Positions 1 through 9,646 of a stretch of 48,570 nucleotides of DNA are shown here, one piece after another (the first letter of the stretch is position 1; each line of letters opens with the position of its first letter). Where the stretch lies: contig JBGPFC010000032.1 in the NCBI GenBank assembly GCA_041483195.1, positions 1-48,570 of the forward strand, in the 5' to 3' direction. Made by a program: the position numbers and the translations under genes. Under the pieces are notes generated by a model, which was given only the letters and a program-made list of their open reading frames with translations, did no database searches and was not told where the DNA came from. This DNA is from Candidatus Eiseniibacteriota bacterium. Its GTDB lineage: Bacteria; Eisenbacteria; RBG-16-71-46.

Positions 1-156
1 CGCGGGGGCCCCGCGCCGGCCGGGGGGGGCCGGCGCCGCCCCCCCCCCCGCGGCCCCCTGGCCCACCGCGCCCCCCGCCCCCGCCGCCCCCCCCCCCCCC
101 CGCCGCCCCGTTGCTTGCTTCCGGCATCGCGCGCGAACCGCTAGGATCGGCACGGC

Positions 157-2079
157 ATGCCGCCCCACTCCCCGGTCCGCACGGCGTTCGTCTGGTTCTT
201 CATTCTCCTGCTGGTGCTCCTGGCCGGAGGCTTGATCGCCATCCCGCTGGTCGGTCCGCGCGTGATCGGGCATGAGATCACGAGCGCCGCGAGCGCGCGC
301 AGGCTCGAGGTCCGCTGGGGCGCGATCGTGGTGTCGTACCCCGCGCAGGTCTCGATCACCCGCCTTACGGTGATCGATCCGGCGCGCGGCGACACCGTGA
401 TGCGCGGCGACTCGCTGCTCGCGGCCCTCGACTTGTACTCGCTCCTGCGACTGCGCCCCGCCCTCAAGAGGGTCCAGTTCGCGCACGCGCGCATCGCGTT
501 CCCGCACGCGGAGGCCGCCGCGATCGACACCCTGGCGCCGGACGAGGCGGAGAACGCCGCGCATCCCGACCACTCGGACCGGTTGAGGCGCGCCGCCGAG
601 ACGCTCGTCGAGACGTTCCTGCTTCCGGCCCGCCACATGCCGCACCTCGACCTGCGCGACGTGACGCTCGCGGGTGGCAGCGACGAGTCCGCGATGTCGG
701 CCGGCATCGAATGGCTGGAGCTGGAGCCCGGGCCCGACGGCGTGCGGCTCACCGGGGCCGGCCGGGTCGGCCTCGAGGGCGACGTCCCGTTCGAGCTCGC
801 GCTCCACTACGGCAACGACGACCAGCTCCGCGGCGAGGCGACCTTCGGCGTCCCCGACGCGAACAGCGGGCGGCTCGAGCCGTTGCGGATCGGGATCACC
901 GGCGTCGTCACCCAGGATCGCGGCGCCGGCGTGCTGCGGATCGGAGACTCGACGCGCGTCACCATCGGCACCATTCCGGTGCTGGTCTCCGGCGCGCTCG
1001 AGCGGCGTGGCCCCTCGATCCGGGTGCAGATCGGGTGCACCGGCGTCACGCAGGAACAGTTCTTCGAGAGCGTGCCGCGCCCGCTGCTCGGGCCGCTCGC
1101 CGGCATCGCGGCGCAGGGTTCGTGGGACTACCGCCTCGGCTTCCGGCTCGACCTCTCGCAGCCCGACAGCGTGGACTTCGACGCCGACGTCGTCTCCCAC
1201 GGGCTGTTCATCGACCCCGCGCACACCAAGCTCGATGTGCTCCAGCTCGACGAGCCGTTCGTCGCGACCATCCACCTGCCGCACGGGCGCTTCGCGGTGC
1301 GCGACCTCTCGCCGGCGAACCCGCACTACCGCCCGCTCGAGGCGATCGACTCGCTGCTGGTGTACGCCGTGATCACGAACGAGGACGGCGGATTCTTCGA
1401 GCACCACGGCTTCAACACCGAGGCGGTGAAGCACGCGATCGCCGAGAACATCCGCGCCGGGGCGTTCCGGCGGGGCGCGGGCACCATCACCATGCAGCTC
1501 GCGCGCAATCTCTTCCTCGGCCACGAGCGCACGCTCTCGCGCAAGGCGCAGGAGGTCATCTTCGCGTGGGTGCTCGAGCACCTCACCTACCTCACCAAGC
1601 AGCGGCTGCTCGAGATCTACCTCAACATCATCGAGTGGGGCCCCGACGTGCACGGCGCGGACGAGGCGGCCCGCTACTACTTCGGCACCGGGGCCTCGAA
1701 GCTCAGCGTGGATCAGGCGCTGTTCCTCACCACCGTGGTTCCCGCGCCCCGGCAGTGGCGCTATCGCTTCGACGAAGCCGGAGCGCTGCGTCCGTTCGAG
1801 CGCGCGCAGATGCACTTCATCGGGCGCGCGATGGTGGCGAAGGGCTGGCTCGCCGCCGAGGAGTTGCCGGCGGCGGATTCGCTGAGGGTCGAGATCACGG
1901 GCGCGGCGCGCGAGGAGCTCGTCCCGGAGCGGGAGCCGGGGCTCGAGACGGAGGCTCGCACGGGCGCGGCGGAGCCGGCGCGGGCGGACTCGGCGGGCGC
2001 CGACACCTCGGCGACGAGGCCGGGCGTGGGCGCGGTGCCGTCGCAGGGCGCGGCGCCCGATTCGAGCGGGGCGCACTGA
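157..2079 (+). CDS. Monofunctional peptidoglycan transglycosylase (GT51 domain) with N-terminal TM anchor and long beta-rich middle region
   Basis: GT51 motifs NEDGGFFEHHG, GAGTITMQLARNLFL, RKAQE, LEIYLNIIEWG; no transpeptidase domain follows. Confidence 0.85.
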   Translation: MPPHSPVRTAFVWFFILLLVLLAGGLIAIPLVGPRVIGHEITSAASARRLEVRWGAIVVSYPAQVSITRLTVIDPARGDTVMRGDSLLAALDLYSLLRLRPALKRVQFAHARIAFPHAEAAAIDTLAPDEAENAAHPDHSDRLRRAAETLVETFLLPARHMPHLDLRDVTLAGGSDESAMSAGIEWLELEPGPDGVRLTGAGRVGLEGDVPFELALHYGNDDQLRGEATFGVPDANSGRLEPLRIGITGVVTQDRGAGVLRIGDSTRVTIGTIPVLVSGALERRGPSIRVQIGCTGVTQEQFFESVPRPLLGPLAGIAAQGSWDYRLGFRLDLSQPDSVDFDADVVSHGLFIDPAHTKLDVLQLDEPFVATIHLPHGRFAVRDLSPANPHYRPLEAIDSLLVYAVITNEDGGFFEHHGFNTEAVKHAIAENIRAGAFRRGAGTITMQLARNLFLGHERTLSRKAQEVIFAWVLEHLTYLTKQRLLEIYLNIIEWGPDVHGADEAARYYFGTGASKLSVDQALFLTTVVPAPRQWRYRFDEAGALRPFERAQMHFIGRAMVAKGWLAAEELPAADSLRVEITGAAREELVPEREPGLETEARTGAAEPARADSAGADTSATRPGVGAVPSQGAAPDSSGAH

Positions 2080-2088
2080 GCGCCCGCC

Positions 2089-3729
2089 TCACCCCACCAC
2101 GATCTCGCCGTCGTCCGTCAGATCGAAGCGCTCCGCGAGCGGCACCTTCGGAAGCCCGGGCATGCGCATGATCTCGCCGGTGATCGGGATGATGAACCCC
2201 GCGCCCGCCGCGAGCTGGATCTCGCGCACCGTGACCAGGAAGTCCTTCGGACGACCGAGCAACGCCGGGTTGTCCGAGAGCGACTGCTGCGTCTTCGCGA
2301 TGCACACCGGAAGCCGGTCGTATCCGAGCGTCTCGAGGTGCGCGCGATCGCGCTTCGCGCGCGGCTGGTAGTCCACCGCCTCCGCGCCGTACATCGTGCT
2401 CGCGACCGTCAGGATCTTGCGCTCGATCGGCTCGCTCCACTCGTAGAGCGGCTTGAAGCGCGCCTCGCTCTTCCGCGTGAGCGCCCACACCACATCGGCG
2501 AGCGCGCGGCAGCCCTCGCCGCCCTCCGTGAATGGCTTCGCCACCACGGCCTCGAGCCCGAGCGCGGCGCAGCGCTCGCGCACCACCGCGATCTCTTCGG
2601 GGGTGTCGGCCTCGAAGTGATTGATCGCGACCACGCAGGATTGCTCGAAGCGGCGGATGTTCTCGACGTGCTTCTCGAGGTTCGGCAGGCCGCGCGCGAC
2701 AGCGGCCGCATCGGGCTCCGCGATCCGGGCGAGCGGCACGCCGCCGTGCATCTTGAGCGCGCGCAGCGTGGCCACCAGCACGGTGCACGACGGCGCGAAG
2801 CCGCCGTAACGGCAGTTGATGTCGAAGAATTTCTCGGCACCCAGCTCGAACGCGAATCCGGCCTCGGTCACCACCGCCTCGGCGTACGCGAGCGCGAGCC
2901 GGGTCGCGGCGATCGAATTGGTGCCGTGCGCGATGTTCGCGAACGGCCCGCCGTGCACGAACGCCGGCACCCCCTCGCGGGTCTGCACCAGGTTGGGCTT
3001 CACGGCTTCGCGCAGCAGCGCGGCCATAGCGCCCACCGCCTTGAGATCGGCGGCGGTGATCGCGCTGCCGTCCGCGCGGAATCCCACGACGATGCGCCCG
3101 AGCCGCGCCTTGAGATCGCGCACGTCCGCAGCGAGGCAGAGGATCGCCATCACCTCGCTCGCGGCCGCGATGTCGAATCCGGTCTCGCGCGGCACGCCCT
3201 CGCGATGGCCGCCGAGCCCGATCACGGTCGCGCGCAGCGCGCGATCGTTCATGTCCATCGCGCGCCGCCACACCACGCGCCGCGAATCGAGGCCGAGCGC
3301 GTTGCCGTGATGGAGGTGGTTGTCGGTGAGCGCGGCGAGCAGGTTGTGCGCGCTCTCGACCGCGTGGATGTCGCCGGTGAAGTGCAGGTTGATGTCGCCG
3401 GCCGGCTCCACCTGCGAGGCCCCACCGCCGGTGCCGCCGCCCTTCATGCCGAGGTAGGGACCGAGCGACGGCTCGCGCAGCGCGACCGCGGCGCGCACCC
3501 CTAAGCGCGCGAGTCCCTGCGCGAGCCCGATCGAGGTGGTGGTCTTGCCCTCGCCCGCCGGGGTGGGCGTGATGGCGGAAACCAGGATCAGGCGGCCCGC
3601 CGCGTCCCCGCTCGGGGGCCAGCGGCCCTCGATCGCGCGCGCCGTGACCTTCGCCTTATGGTGACCATACGGCTCGAGATGGGAGGGATCGAGCCCCAGC
3701 GCGCGGGCGACGTCGGCGATCGGCTTCAT
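2089..3729 (-). CDS. fhs: Formate--tetrahydrofolate ligase
   Basis: ITPTPAGEGKTT, REPSLGP, INLHFTGDIHA, HGGPFANIAHG, VTEAGF, CIAKTQ, IMRMPGLP; full length. Confidence 0.97.
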   Translation of the reverse strand: MKPIADVARALGLDPSHLEPYGHHKAKVTARAIEGRWPPSGDAAGRLILVSAITPTPAGEGKTTTSIGLAQGLARLGVRAAVALREPSLGPYLGMKGGGTGGGASQVEPAGDINLHFTGDIHAVESAHNLLAALTDNHLHHGNALGLDSRRVVWRRAMDMNDRALRATVIGLGGHREGVPRETGFDIAAASEVMAILCLAADVRDLKARLGRIVVGFRADGSAITAADLKAVGAMAALLREAVKPNLVQTREGVPAFVHGGPFANIAHGTNSIAATRLALAYAEAVVTEAGFAFELGAEKFFDINCRYGGFAPSCTVLVATLRALKMHGGVPLARIAEPDAAAVARGLPNLEKHVENIRRFEQSCVVAINHFEADTPEEIAVVRERCAALGLEAVVAKPFTEGGEGCRALADVVWALTRKSEARFKPLYEWSEPIERKILTVASTMYGAEAVDYQPRAKRDRAHLETLGYDRLPVCIAKTQQSLSDNPALLGRPKDFLVTVREIQLAAGAGFIIPITGEIMRMPGLPKVPLAERFDLTDDGEIVVG

Positions 3730-3904
3730 CGCGCCGCACTATAGCGCACGGCGGCCGCGGATCGCGGAAGCCGGGCCGCCGTGCGCGACCACCGGCCATC
3801 GACCGCACGATCTCTGTAGCGACGGAGGGCGCGCGCGTCTAGAATGCGCGCTCGAAAATCCCCCTCGCCGCTGGCGCACGTTGTCGCACCGACTCGGAGG
3901 ACGC

Positions 3905-4375
3905 ATGATTCCGATCGGCCTGTGGAGACTGCTGCACCTGTTCTTCGCGTTCAGCTTCGTGGGCACGCTGGTGGTCGCGGACTGGAACGGTCGCGCGGCG
4001 CGCGCGACGAAGGACTGGCCGCAGCGCGCGCTGTTGCTCGACATCGTGGCGCGCGCCTCGAGCATCGGCGGGCTGGGCTCGCTGCTCGCGCTCGGGGTGC
4101 TCGGCAACCTGCTCGCGGTGGGCTCGGGTTACCGCATGGCGACCGACACCTGGCTGCGGGCGGTGAACGGCGTGTGGCTGATCACCGTGCTGGTCATGGC
4201 GCTGGTCACGCTGCCCGCCATCGTGCGGCTCACCGCGCTGGCGCGCGCGGCCACGCCCGGCGATGGCCCGCCGGAATACGCGAGGCTCCTCGGGCGCTGG
4301 CGGGTCGGCAACGTCGCGCTCAGCCTCCTCTACCTCGCGCTGCTCGTGCTCATGGTGTTCCGGTGGCGTTCCTGA
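3905..4375 (+). CDS. Small multi-pass membrane protein (DUF2269-like)
   Basis: GGAGG RBS before ATG 3905; about four hydrophobic helices, LLH in first helix; family call from memory. Confidence 0.6.
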   Translation: MIPIGLWRLLHLFFAFSFVGTLVVADWNGRAARATKDWPQRALLLDIVARASSIGGLGSLLALGVLGNLLAVGSGYRMATDTWLRAVNGVWLITVLVMALVTLPAIVRLTALARAATPGDGPPEYARLLGRWRVGNVALSLLYLALLVLMVFRWRS

Positions 4376-5178
4376 TCGCATCCGTGGCGCCGGCGGCCGC
4401 ACCGCAGCTCGGGCTGCTGGTGGGCGGTTTCGTGCTCATGGTGGTGGGCCTGGCCTCGCTCACCGTGCGCGGCCGCGCGCAGGCGCCGCTCCATTCCGCG
4501 CGCGCGACGCGACGCGCGACCGGCTACGCTGCGGTGTACGGGCTCTCCTCCGCGTGCTTCGGGCGCGTGATCGACGCGGCCCTGCTCGGACACGATCAGA
4601 GCCCGTGGCTGCTCGCCCTCGGCGACGTCATGTTCGTCACCCTCGGCCTGTTCGTCTGGGTCATGGTGCTCGCCGAGGATCGCCCGCTCGCGGAGTACGG
4701 GCTGACCGGCGGACGCCCCGCCCGCATGGCGCTCGCCGCGCTGATGGGGCTCGGTGCCGTCGCGCTCTATTCCTCGGGGCCGTACCGCGCGCTCTTCGAG
4801 GGCCGGGTGCTGGTCACCACCGACAGCCTGCTGTTCGCCGCGCTGTTCGCGGCGGTGGGCTCCGCGCTTCCCGAGGAGCTCATGTTCCGGGGCTACCTGA
4901 TGGGCTCGCTGGGGGGCCGCTACGCGCGATGGGCCCGGGTCGTGCTCCCGGCGCTGGCTTTCACTATCGTGCGTTCGATGCGCTATGCTCCCGGCGCTGG
5001 GATGCCGATACAGGACTGGGTGTTTTACGCGCTCGGTGTGGCGCTGCCCCTGGGCCTGTGGTGGGGACTCATGCGGGACCTGTCCGGCTCTCTGTGGCCC
5101 GGGCTCTTCTCACACGCCCTGCTCGAATTCGGAGTCGCGCTCGCAAGCACGTCACCGACATCGCCGAACCCGCCCTGA
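4363..5178 (+). CDS. CPBP (Abi/CAAX) family intramembrane glutamic protease
   Basis: EELMFRG motif, C-terminal SGSLWPGLFSH; many TM segments; GTG start overlapping the upstream gene is inferred. Confidence 0.8.
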   Translation: MAFLIASVAPAAAPQLGLLVGGFVLMVVGLASLTVRGRAQAPLHSARATRRATGYAAVYGLSSACFGRVIDAALLGHDQSPWLLALGDVMFVTLGLFVWVMVLAEDRPLAEYGLTGGRPARMALAALMGLGAVALYSSGPYRALFEGRVLVTTDSLLFAALFAAVGSALPEELMFRGYLMGSLGGRYARWARVVLPALAFTIVRSMRYAPGAGMPIQDWVFYALGVALPLGLWWGLMRDLSGSLWPGLFSHALLEFGVALASTSPTSPNPP

Positions 5179-5207
5179 TCCGGCGGGCTTCGCACGAAAG
5201 GAACGCC

Positions 5208-7790
5208 ATGCGTCACCGCCCCTCCTTCACGGCCGCAACCCTCTGCGTCGTGCTGGCCGCGCTCATCGCTCCGGTCGCGCGGAGTCAGACGCTGCCCGAA
5301 AACCGTCCGGGTCTCTCGAAGCTCAAGCAGGTGCAGGTCCGGATGCTGCTCGAGCGCGAGCGCGCCGAGATCCGCCGCGCGCGCGCCGAGGCGAAGCGCA
5401 GGGCCAGGCACAAGGCCTCCAGTCCCGCCGAGGTCGGCGAGAGCAGCCGCCATCCTCGCGACGAGGGCAATCCCGGCGCGGCGCCGGGCGTGAGCGAGGC
5501 CCTGCGGCAGCGCGTCCACCAGTGGCGGGCGCAGGCCGCGCTCAAGGCCAACGTGCGCGCGAACAATCCGGCCGGCGACCTCACCACCAACGCCGGACAG
5601 GCCGAGGAATACATCGCGGCGTCCGGCAGCAACGTCCTGATCGCGTGGAACGACGGCGAAGGCTTCAATCACGCCCCGCCCAACGACGACATCATGGGGA
5701 TCGGGTACTCGACCGACGGCGGCACCTCGTTCACCGACGCCGGGCCGCCCCCCAAGCTCACCAACTGGACCTGGACCAGCGACCCCGTGGTCGCGGTCAA
5801 CGAGCGCACCGGCACCTTCTACTTCTGCGGGCTGGTCGACTCGACCGCGATCTTCAACGGCATCGGCGTGGTGCCCGTCACGTTTCCGGGCGGCGTCTAC
5901 ACCCCCGGCACGCCGCGCATGACGCGCAAGGTCTCATCGGGCCTGCTCGCGCTCGACAAGGAGTGGATCGCCGCGGATTCCACCAGCGACAGCGTGTACG
6001 TGAGCTACACCACGTACACCGCCGGCGCGAATTACATCCAGTTCCAGCGCTCCGCCGACGGCCTCAACTGGGTCGCGGCGACCACGCTCTCGGCCCCCGC
6101 GGACAGCGGCTTCGTGCAGGGCTCGCGCGTGGTGACCGGGCCCTCGGGCGAGGTGTACGTGGTGTGGGCGTCGATCGGGCCGGTCGATGTGGACTTCTTC
6201 AACATCCGCAAGTCCACCAACTTCGGCGTGACCTTCGGCGCCGAGGTCATCGCGCCCAGCAGCGCCTACTCGGGATACTTCGGCAACTTCGGCAGCGGCG
6301 CGCCGGGCTTCAATCGCGACCGCGGCATCACCTTCCCGTCGCTCGCGGTGGATCGCAGCGCCGGCGCGAATCGCGGGCATGTCTACCTCGCCTGGAACGA
6401 GTCTATCAATTTCTACGACGATGCCCTGACCAACAACTTTTCCGGCAACATCTCAGAGCCCGTCGGCGAGGTGGGCGCGAACGACACCCCCGGCACCGCG
6501 ACGTTGTTCACGGTGCACAACCGGGTGCGAGGCGCGGTCGGAAGCGGTGACTTCGACTACTGGAGGTTCAACGTCACGCAGGGCCAGACCGCCGAGTTCT
6601 GGGTGGACTCGGCCGACGTGAACCTCAATCTCGCCTTCCGCCTGTTCTGCAGCGACGGCCTGACCCGGCTCGCGGGCTCGAACCCGGGCCTCGGCGCGGG
6701 CGGAATCATCGTGTTCACGTTCCCCACCACCGGCACCTACTACCTGCGCTGCGCGGGCTTCAGCGGCAGCACCGGTGGCTACCGTATCCAGTGTGCGTTC
6801 AGCACGCCCAGCGGCGGCGAGCGCTCGCGCGATCATCGCGACGTGTTCGTCGCGTCTTCCACCAACGGCACAGCGTGGGGCGCGCCGGTGCGCGTGAACA
6901 CCGACCCCGCCTACCTCGACAACTGGCTGCCCGAGGTCGCGGTCTCCGCGCAGGGCCGCGTGTACTGCGCGTGGTACGACTGGCGCGACGCCGGGGCCAC
7001 GACCTGCGGCGGCGAGTCCAACATCTACATGTCGCGCTCCGACGACGGCGGCGGGAGCTGGGTCTCGCTCGGCCTCATCAGCGATGGCACCAGCCCGTGG
7101 ACCAACGTCGCGACCAACATCGCGCCCAATCAGGGCGATTACCTCGCGTTGTTCGCGAACGACATCGGCGTCTACCCCGCGTGGGCCGACGGGCGAGACG
7201 GCGACCCGAACGTCTACACCGTGGCGCTGCCGCTCGCGCTCACGCCCACCCAGATCGCGCTGGTGCGCGCCGACGCGCAGCCCGATCGCGTGAGCCTCAC
7301 CTGGTACGCGAGCGGTTCCGAGGGGCTGATGGCCACGGTCTATCGCCGCACCGCGGCCACCGACTGGGCGCCGCTCGGGAGTGTCGGCGTTCCCGGCGAC
7401 GGACAGCTCGCATACGAGGACGACGCGGTCACCGCGGGCGGTCGCTACGGATATCGCCTCGGGATCACCGAGCAGGGGCAGGAGACCTTCCACGGCGAGG
7501 CCTGGGTGGACGTGCCGAGCGGCGCCGCGCTCGCGTTGCGCGGGGTGCAGCCCAATCCCGCGTCGCGCGATCTGTGGGTGAGCTTCTCGCTCCCGAGCCG
7601 CGCGCCCGCCACGCTGAGCCTGATCGACGTCGCGGGACGCACGGTGCGCCGCCGCGAGGTGGGCTCGCTCGGCGCCGGGGCGCAGCGCGTGAACCTGGGC
7701 GAGGGCGGCCCGCTGCCGGCCGGCGTGTACGTGGTCCAGCTCACGCAGGGCGAGCGGACGCTAACCTCGCGAGTGAGCGTGATCCGGTAG
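5208..7790 (+). CDS. Secreted BNR/Asp-box (sialidase-like) protein with inserted PPC-like domain and C-terminal FlgD-Ig/T9SS type A-like sorting domain
   Basis: AAGGA RBS, signal peptide; Asp-boxes STDGGTSF, STNFGVTF, STNGTAW, SDDGGGSW; DFDYWRF...GTYYLR; C-terminus PNP...VSFSLP...DVAGRTVR...AGVYVVQL...RVSVIR. Confidence 0.75.
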   Translation: MRHRPSFTAATLCVVLAALIAPVARSQTLPENRPGLSKLKQVQVRMLLERERAEIRRARAEAKRRARHKASSPAEVGESSRHPRDEGNPGAAPGVSEALRQRVHQWRAQAALKANVRANNPAGDLTTNAGQAEEYIAASGSNVLIAWNDGEGFNHAPPNDDIMGIGYSTDGGTSFTDAGPPPKLTNWTWTSDPVVAVNERTGTFYFCGLVDSTAIFNGIGVVPVTFPGGVYTPGTPRMTRKVSSGLLALDKEWIAADSTSDSVYVSYTTYTAGANYIQFQRSADGLNWVAATTLSAPADSGFVQGSRVVTGPSGEVYVVWASIGPVDVDFFNIRKSTNFGVTFGAEVIAPSSAYSGYFGNFGSGAPGFNRDRGITFPSLAVDRSAGANRGHVYLAWNESINFYDDALTNNFSGNISEPVGEVGANDTPGTATLFTVHNRVRGAVGSGDFDYWRFNVTQGQTAEFWVDSADVNLNLAFRLFCSDGLTRLAGSNPGLGAGGIIVFTFPTTGTYYLRCAGFSGSTGGYRIQCAFSTPSGGERSRDHRDVFVASSTNGTAWGAPVRVNTDPAYLDNWLPEVAVSAQGRVYCAWYDWRDAGATTCGGESNIYMSRSDDGGGSWVSLGLISDGTSPWTNVATNIAPNQGDYLALFANDIGVYPAWADGRDGDPNVYTVALPLALTPTQIALVRADAQPDRVSLTWYASGSEGLMATVYRRTAATDWAPLGSVGVPGDGQLAYEDDAVTAGGRYGYRLGITEQGQETFHGEAWVDVPSGAALALRGVQPNPASRDLWVSFSLPSRAPATLSLIDVAGRTVRRREVGSLGAGAQRVNLGEGGPLPAGVYVVQLTQGERTLTSRVSVIR

Positions 7791-7814
7791 GGAATATCGG
7801 CGGCGGTTGCGTGC

Positions 7815-7848
7815 GGGGCCGGTGCGAGTGCACCGGCCCCTTCGCGTT
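7815..7848 (+). terminator. Probable intrinsic terminator hairpin
   Basis: GGGGCCGGTGC-GAGT-GCACCGGCCCC, perfect 11-bp stem shortly after the stop, weak T tail. Confidence 0.55.
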
Positions 7849-7947
7849 CCCCGGTCGCGGGCGGCGCCCCGGCCACCCGACCGGCCAGGCGCTCCGGGTC
7901 GCCCGCCGCTCATCCCCCCGCATGCCCTCCAGGCCCCAAGAAATCAT

Positions 7948-8001
7948 TTGACCCCCGCCCCCGGTTGTAGTTTTATGCACGGCACTCGATATTTATGCAC
8001 C
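7948..8001 (+). promoter_or_regulatory. arg operon promoter with tandem ARG boxes
   Basis: TTGACC at 7948-7953; cores TGTAGTTTTATGCA (7966-7979) and TCGATATTTATGCA (7986-7999) at 20-bp period, i.e. two 18-bp boxes 2 bp apart; AT-rich patch directly before argR. Confidence 0.75.
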
Positions 8002-8018
8002 GCGTTCCGGAGGGCTTC

Positions 8019-8495
8019 ATGCCACGCACCCGCCGTCTTGCCGCGCTCGCCAGGCTGCTCTCGGGCCGGCGCTTCTCCAGCCAGGAGGAGCTGGCCCGGG
8101 CGCTCGCGCGCGCCGGCCACGACGTGACGCAGGCCACGCTCTCGCGCGACCTGCGGAGCCTCGGCGTGGGCAAGCGCCCGGGGGCCGACGGCAAGCCGGC
8201 GTACGAGCTGCCCGGGCCGGCGATCGAAGCCATCGATCGCGAACGCCAGCTGCTCGACCTCAAGGCGTTCGTGAACGAGGTCAAGGTCGCGCAGAATCTC
8301 ATGGTGGTGCGCACCCCGCCGGGCCACGCGAACGGCGTGGCGCGCGCGATCGACCTGGCCGAGTTCGAGGGCCGGGTGGGGTCGGTGGCGGGCGACGACA
8401 CCGTGCTCGTGGTCATGGAAGACGCGGCGGCCGCGCGCCGCATGAAACGCCATCTCGATTCCCTCGCCGGCCACGCCGCGGGCGCAGCGAAGTGA
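8019..8495 (+). CDS. argR: Arginine repressor
   Basis: SQEEL, TQATLSRDL, GSVAGDDTVLV; GGAGG before ATG 8019. Confidence 0.95.
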   Translation: MPRTRRLAALARLLSGRRFSSQEELARALARAGHDVTQATLSRDLRSLGVGKRPGADGKPAYELPGPAIEAIDRERQLLDLKAFVNEVKVAQNLMVVRTPPGHANGVARAIDLAEFEGRVGSVAGDDTVLVVMEDAAAARRMKRHLDSLAGHAAGAAK

Positions 8496-9646
8496 GCGCG
8501 CGGCGGGCCGCCCCCGGGGCGGCGAGCCTCACCTCGGCGGAGCCCGTGCTCCATTCGGCGCCGGCGCCCGTCGCGGTCGCCGACTCGATCGCGCATCGGA
8601 CCGCGGTCATCGGCCGCACCGCGCGCGTCGCGGTGCTCGGCGCATCGGGCTACTCCGGCCAGGAGTTCGTGCGGCTCGCGCTCGGCCACCCGGGCCTCCG
8701 GATCGCTGCGCTCGCCTCGCGCGAGCACGCGGGGCGCGCGCCGTGGGCGATGCTGCCGGGCCTCGATCCGCGCGCGGATGAATTGCCGAACGTGATCGCG
8801 CCCGATGCGCTCGAAGCGCTGTTCGATGCCGAGGCGTTCGACACGCTGGTCGCGTGCCTCCCGCACGGCGCGTGGCGCGCGTACGCCGAGTCGCACCCCG
8901 CGATCGCGGGCAGGATCGCGCGCATCGTCGATCTCTCGTCCGACTTTCGTGGCGACACTGCGCCCGTCGGGGGCGGCGCCGCGTACGCCTACGGCCTGCC
9001 CGAGGCGTTCCGCGATTCGCTCGCGAACGCCACGCGCGTCGCCAACCCCGGCTGCTATCCCACCGCCGCGGCGCTCGCGCTGCTGCCCGCGATCGAGGCG
9101 CGATGGCTCGCGGGCCCGGTCATGGTGCACGCGCTCTCGGGCGTCACGGGCGCCGGGCGCGCGGCCGCGCTGCGCCACTCGTTCGCCGAGCTGGACGGCG
9201 GCGCCGCGATCTACAAGGCGGGCGCCGAGCACGCGCACGCCGCCGAGATGGAGCGCGCCTTCGCGCGGCTCGCGGGCGCGACGGTCGCGGTGGGCTTCAC
9301 GCCGCAGCTGGTCCCGATGGCGCGCGGCATCCTGCTGAGCGCGAACGCCCCGCTCGCGCGCGCGATCGCGCCCGGCGAGGCGCATGCCGCGTATCGCGCG
9401 CGCTACGGAGCCGAGCCGTTCGTGCGCGTGCTCGATCCGGGCGCGTGGCCCGAGACGCGCGCGGTTCGCGGGTCGAACCGCTGCGACGTGGCGGTCACCA
9501 CGTTGCACGGCGGGCGCACGCTGCTCGCGACCGCCGCGATCGACAATCTCGTGAAGGGCGCGGCGGGCCAGGCGATCCAGAACCTGAATCTCATGCTGGG
9601 CTGGCCGGAGACCTGCGGCCTCCCGGTGAACGGGAGCCCCTGGTGA
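8492..9646 (+). CDS. argC: N-acetyl-gamma-glutamyl-phosphate reductase
   Basis: GASGYSG, DLSSDFR, ANPGCYPT, SGVTGAGR, IDNLVKGAAGQAIQNLN. Confidence 0.95.
   Translation: MSARRAAPGAASLTSAEPVLHSAPAPVAVADSIAHRTAVIGRTARVAVLGASGYSGQEFVRLALGHPGLRIAALASREHAGRAPWAMLPGLDPRADELPNVIAPDALEALFDAEAFDTLVACLPHGAWRAYAESHPAIAGRIARIVDLSSDFRGDTAPVGGGAAYAYGLPEAFRDSLANATRVANPGCYPTAAALALLPAIEARWLAGPVMVHALSGVTGAGRAAALRHSFAELDGGAAIYKAGAEHAHAAEMERAFARLAGATVAVGFTPQLVPMARGILLSANAPLARAIAPGEAHAAYRARYGAEPFVRVLDPGAWPETRAVRGSNRCDVAVTTLHGGRTLLATAAIDNLVKGAAGQAIQNLNLMLGWPETCGLPVNGSPW

Noticed and set aside
1..110. Almost pure G/C low-complexity stretch with long C runs
   Set aside because: No periodic unit; looks like low-quality sequence at a contig edge rather than a biological repeat
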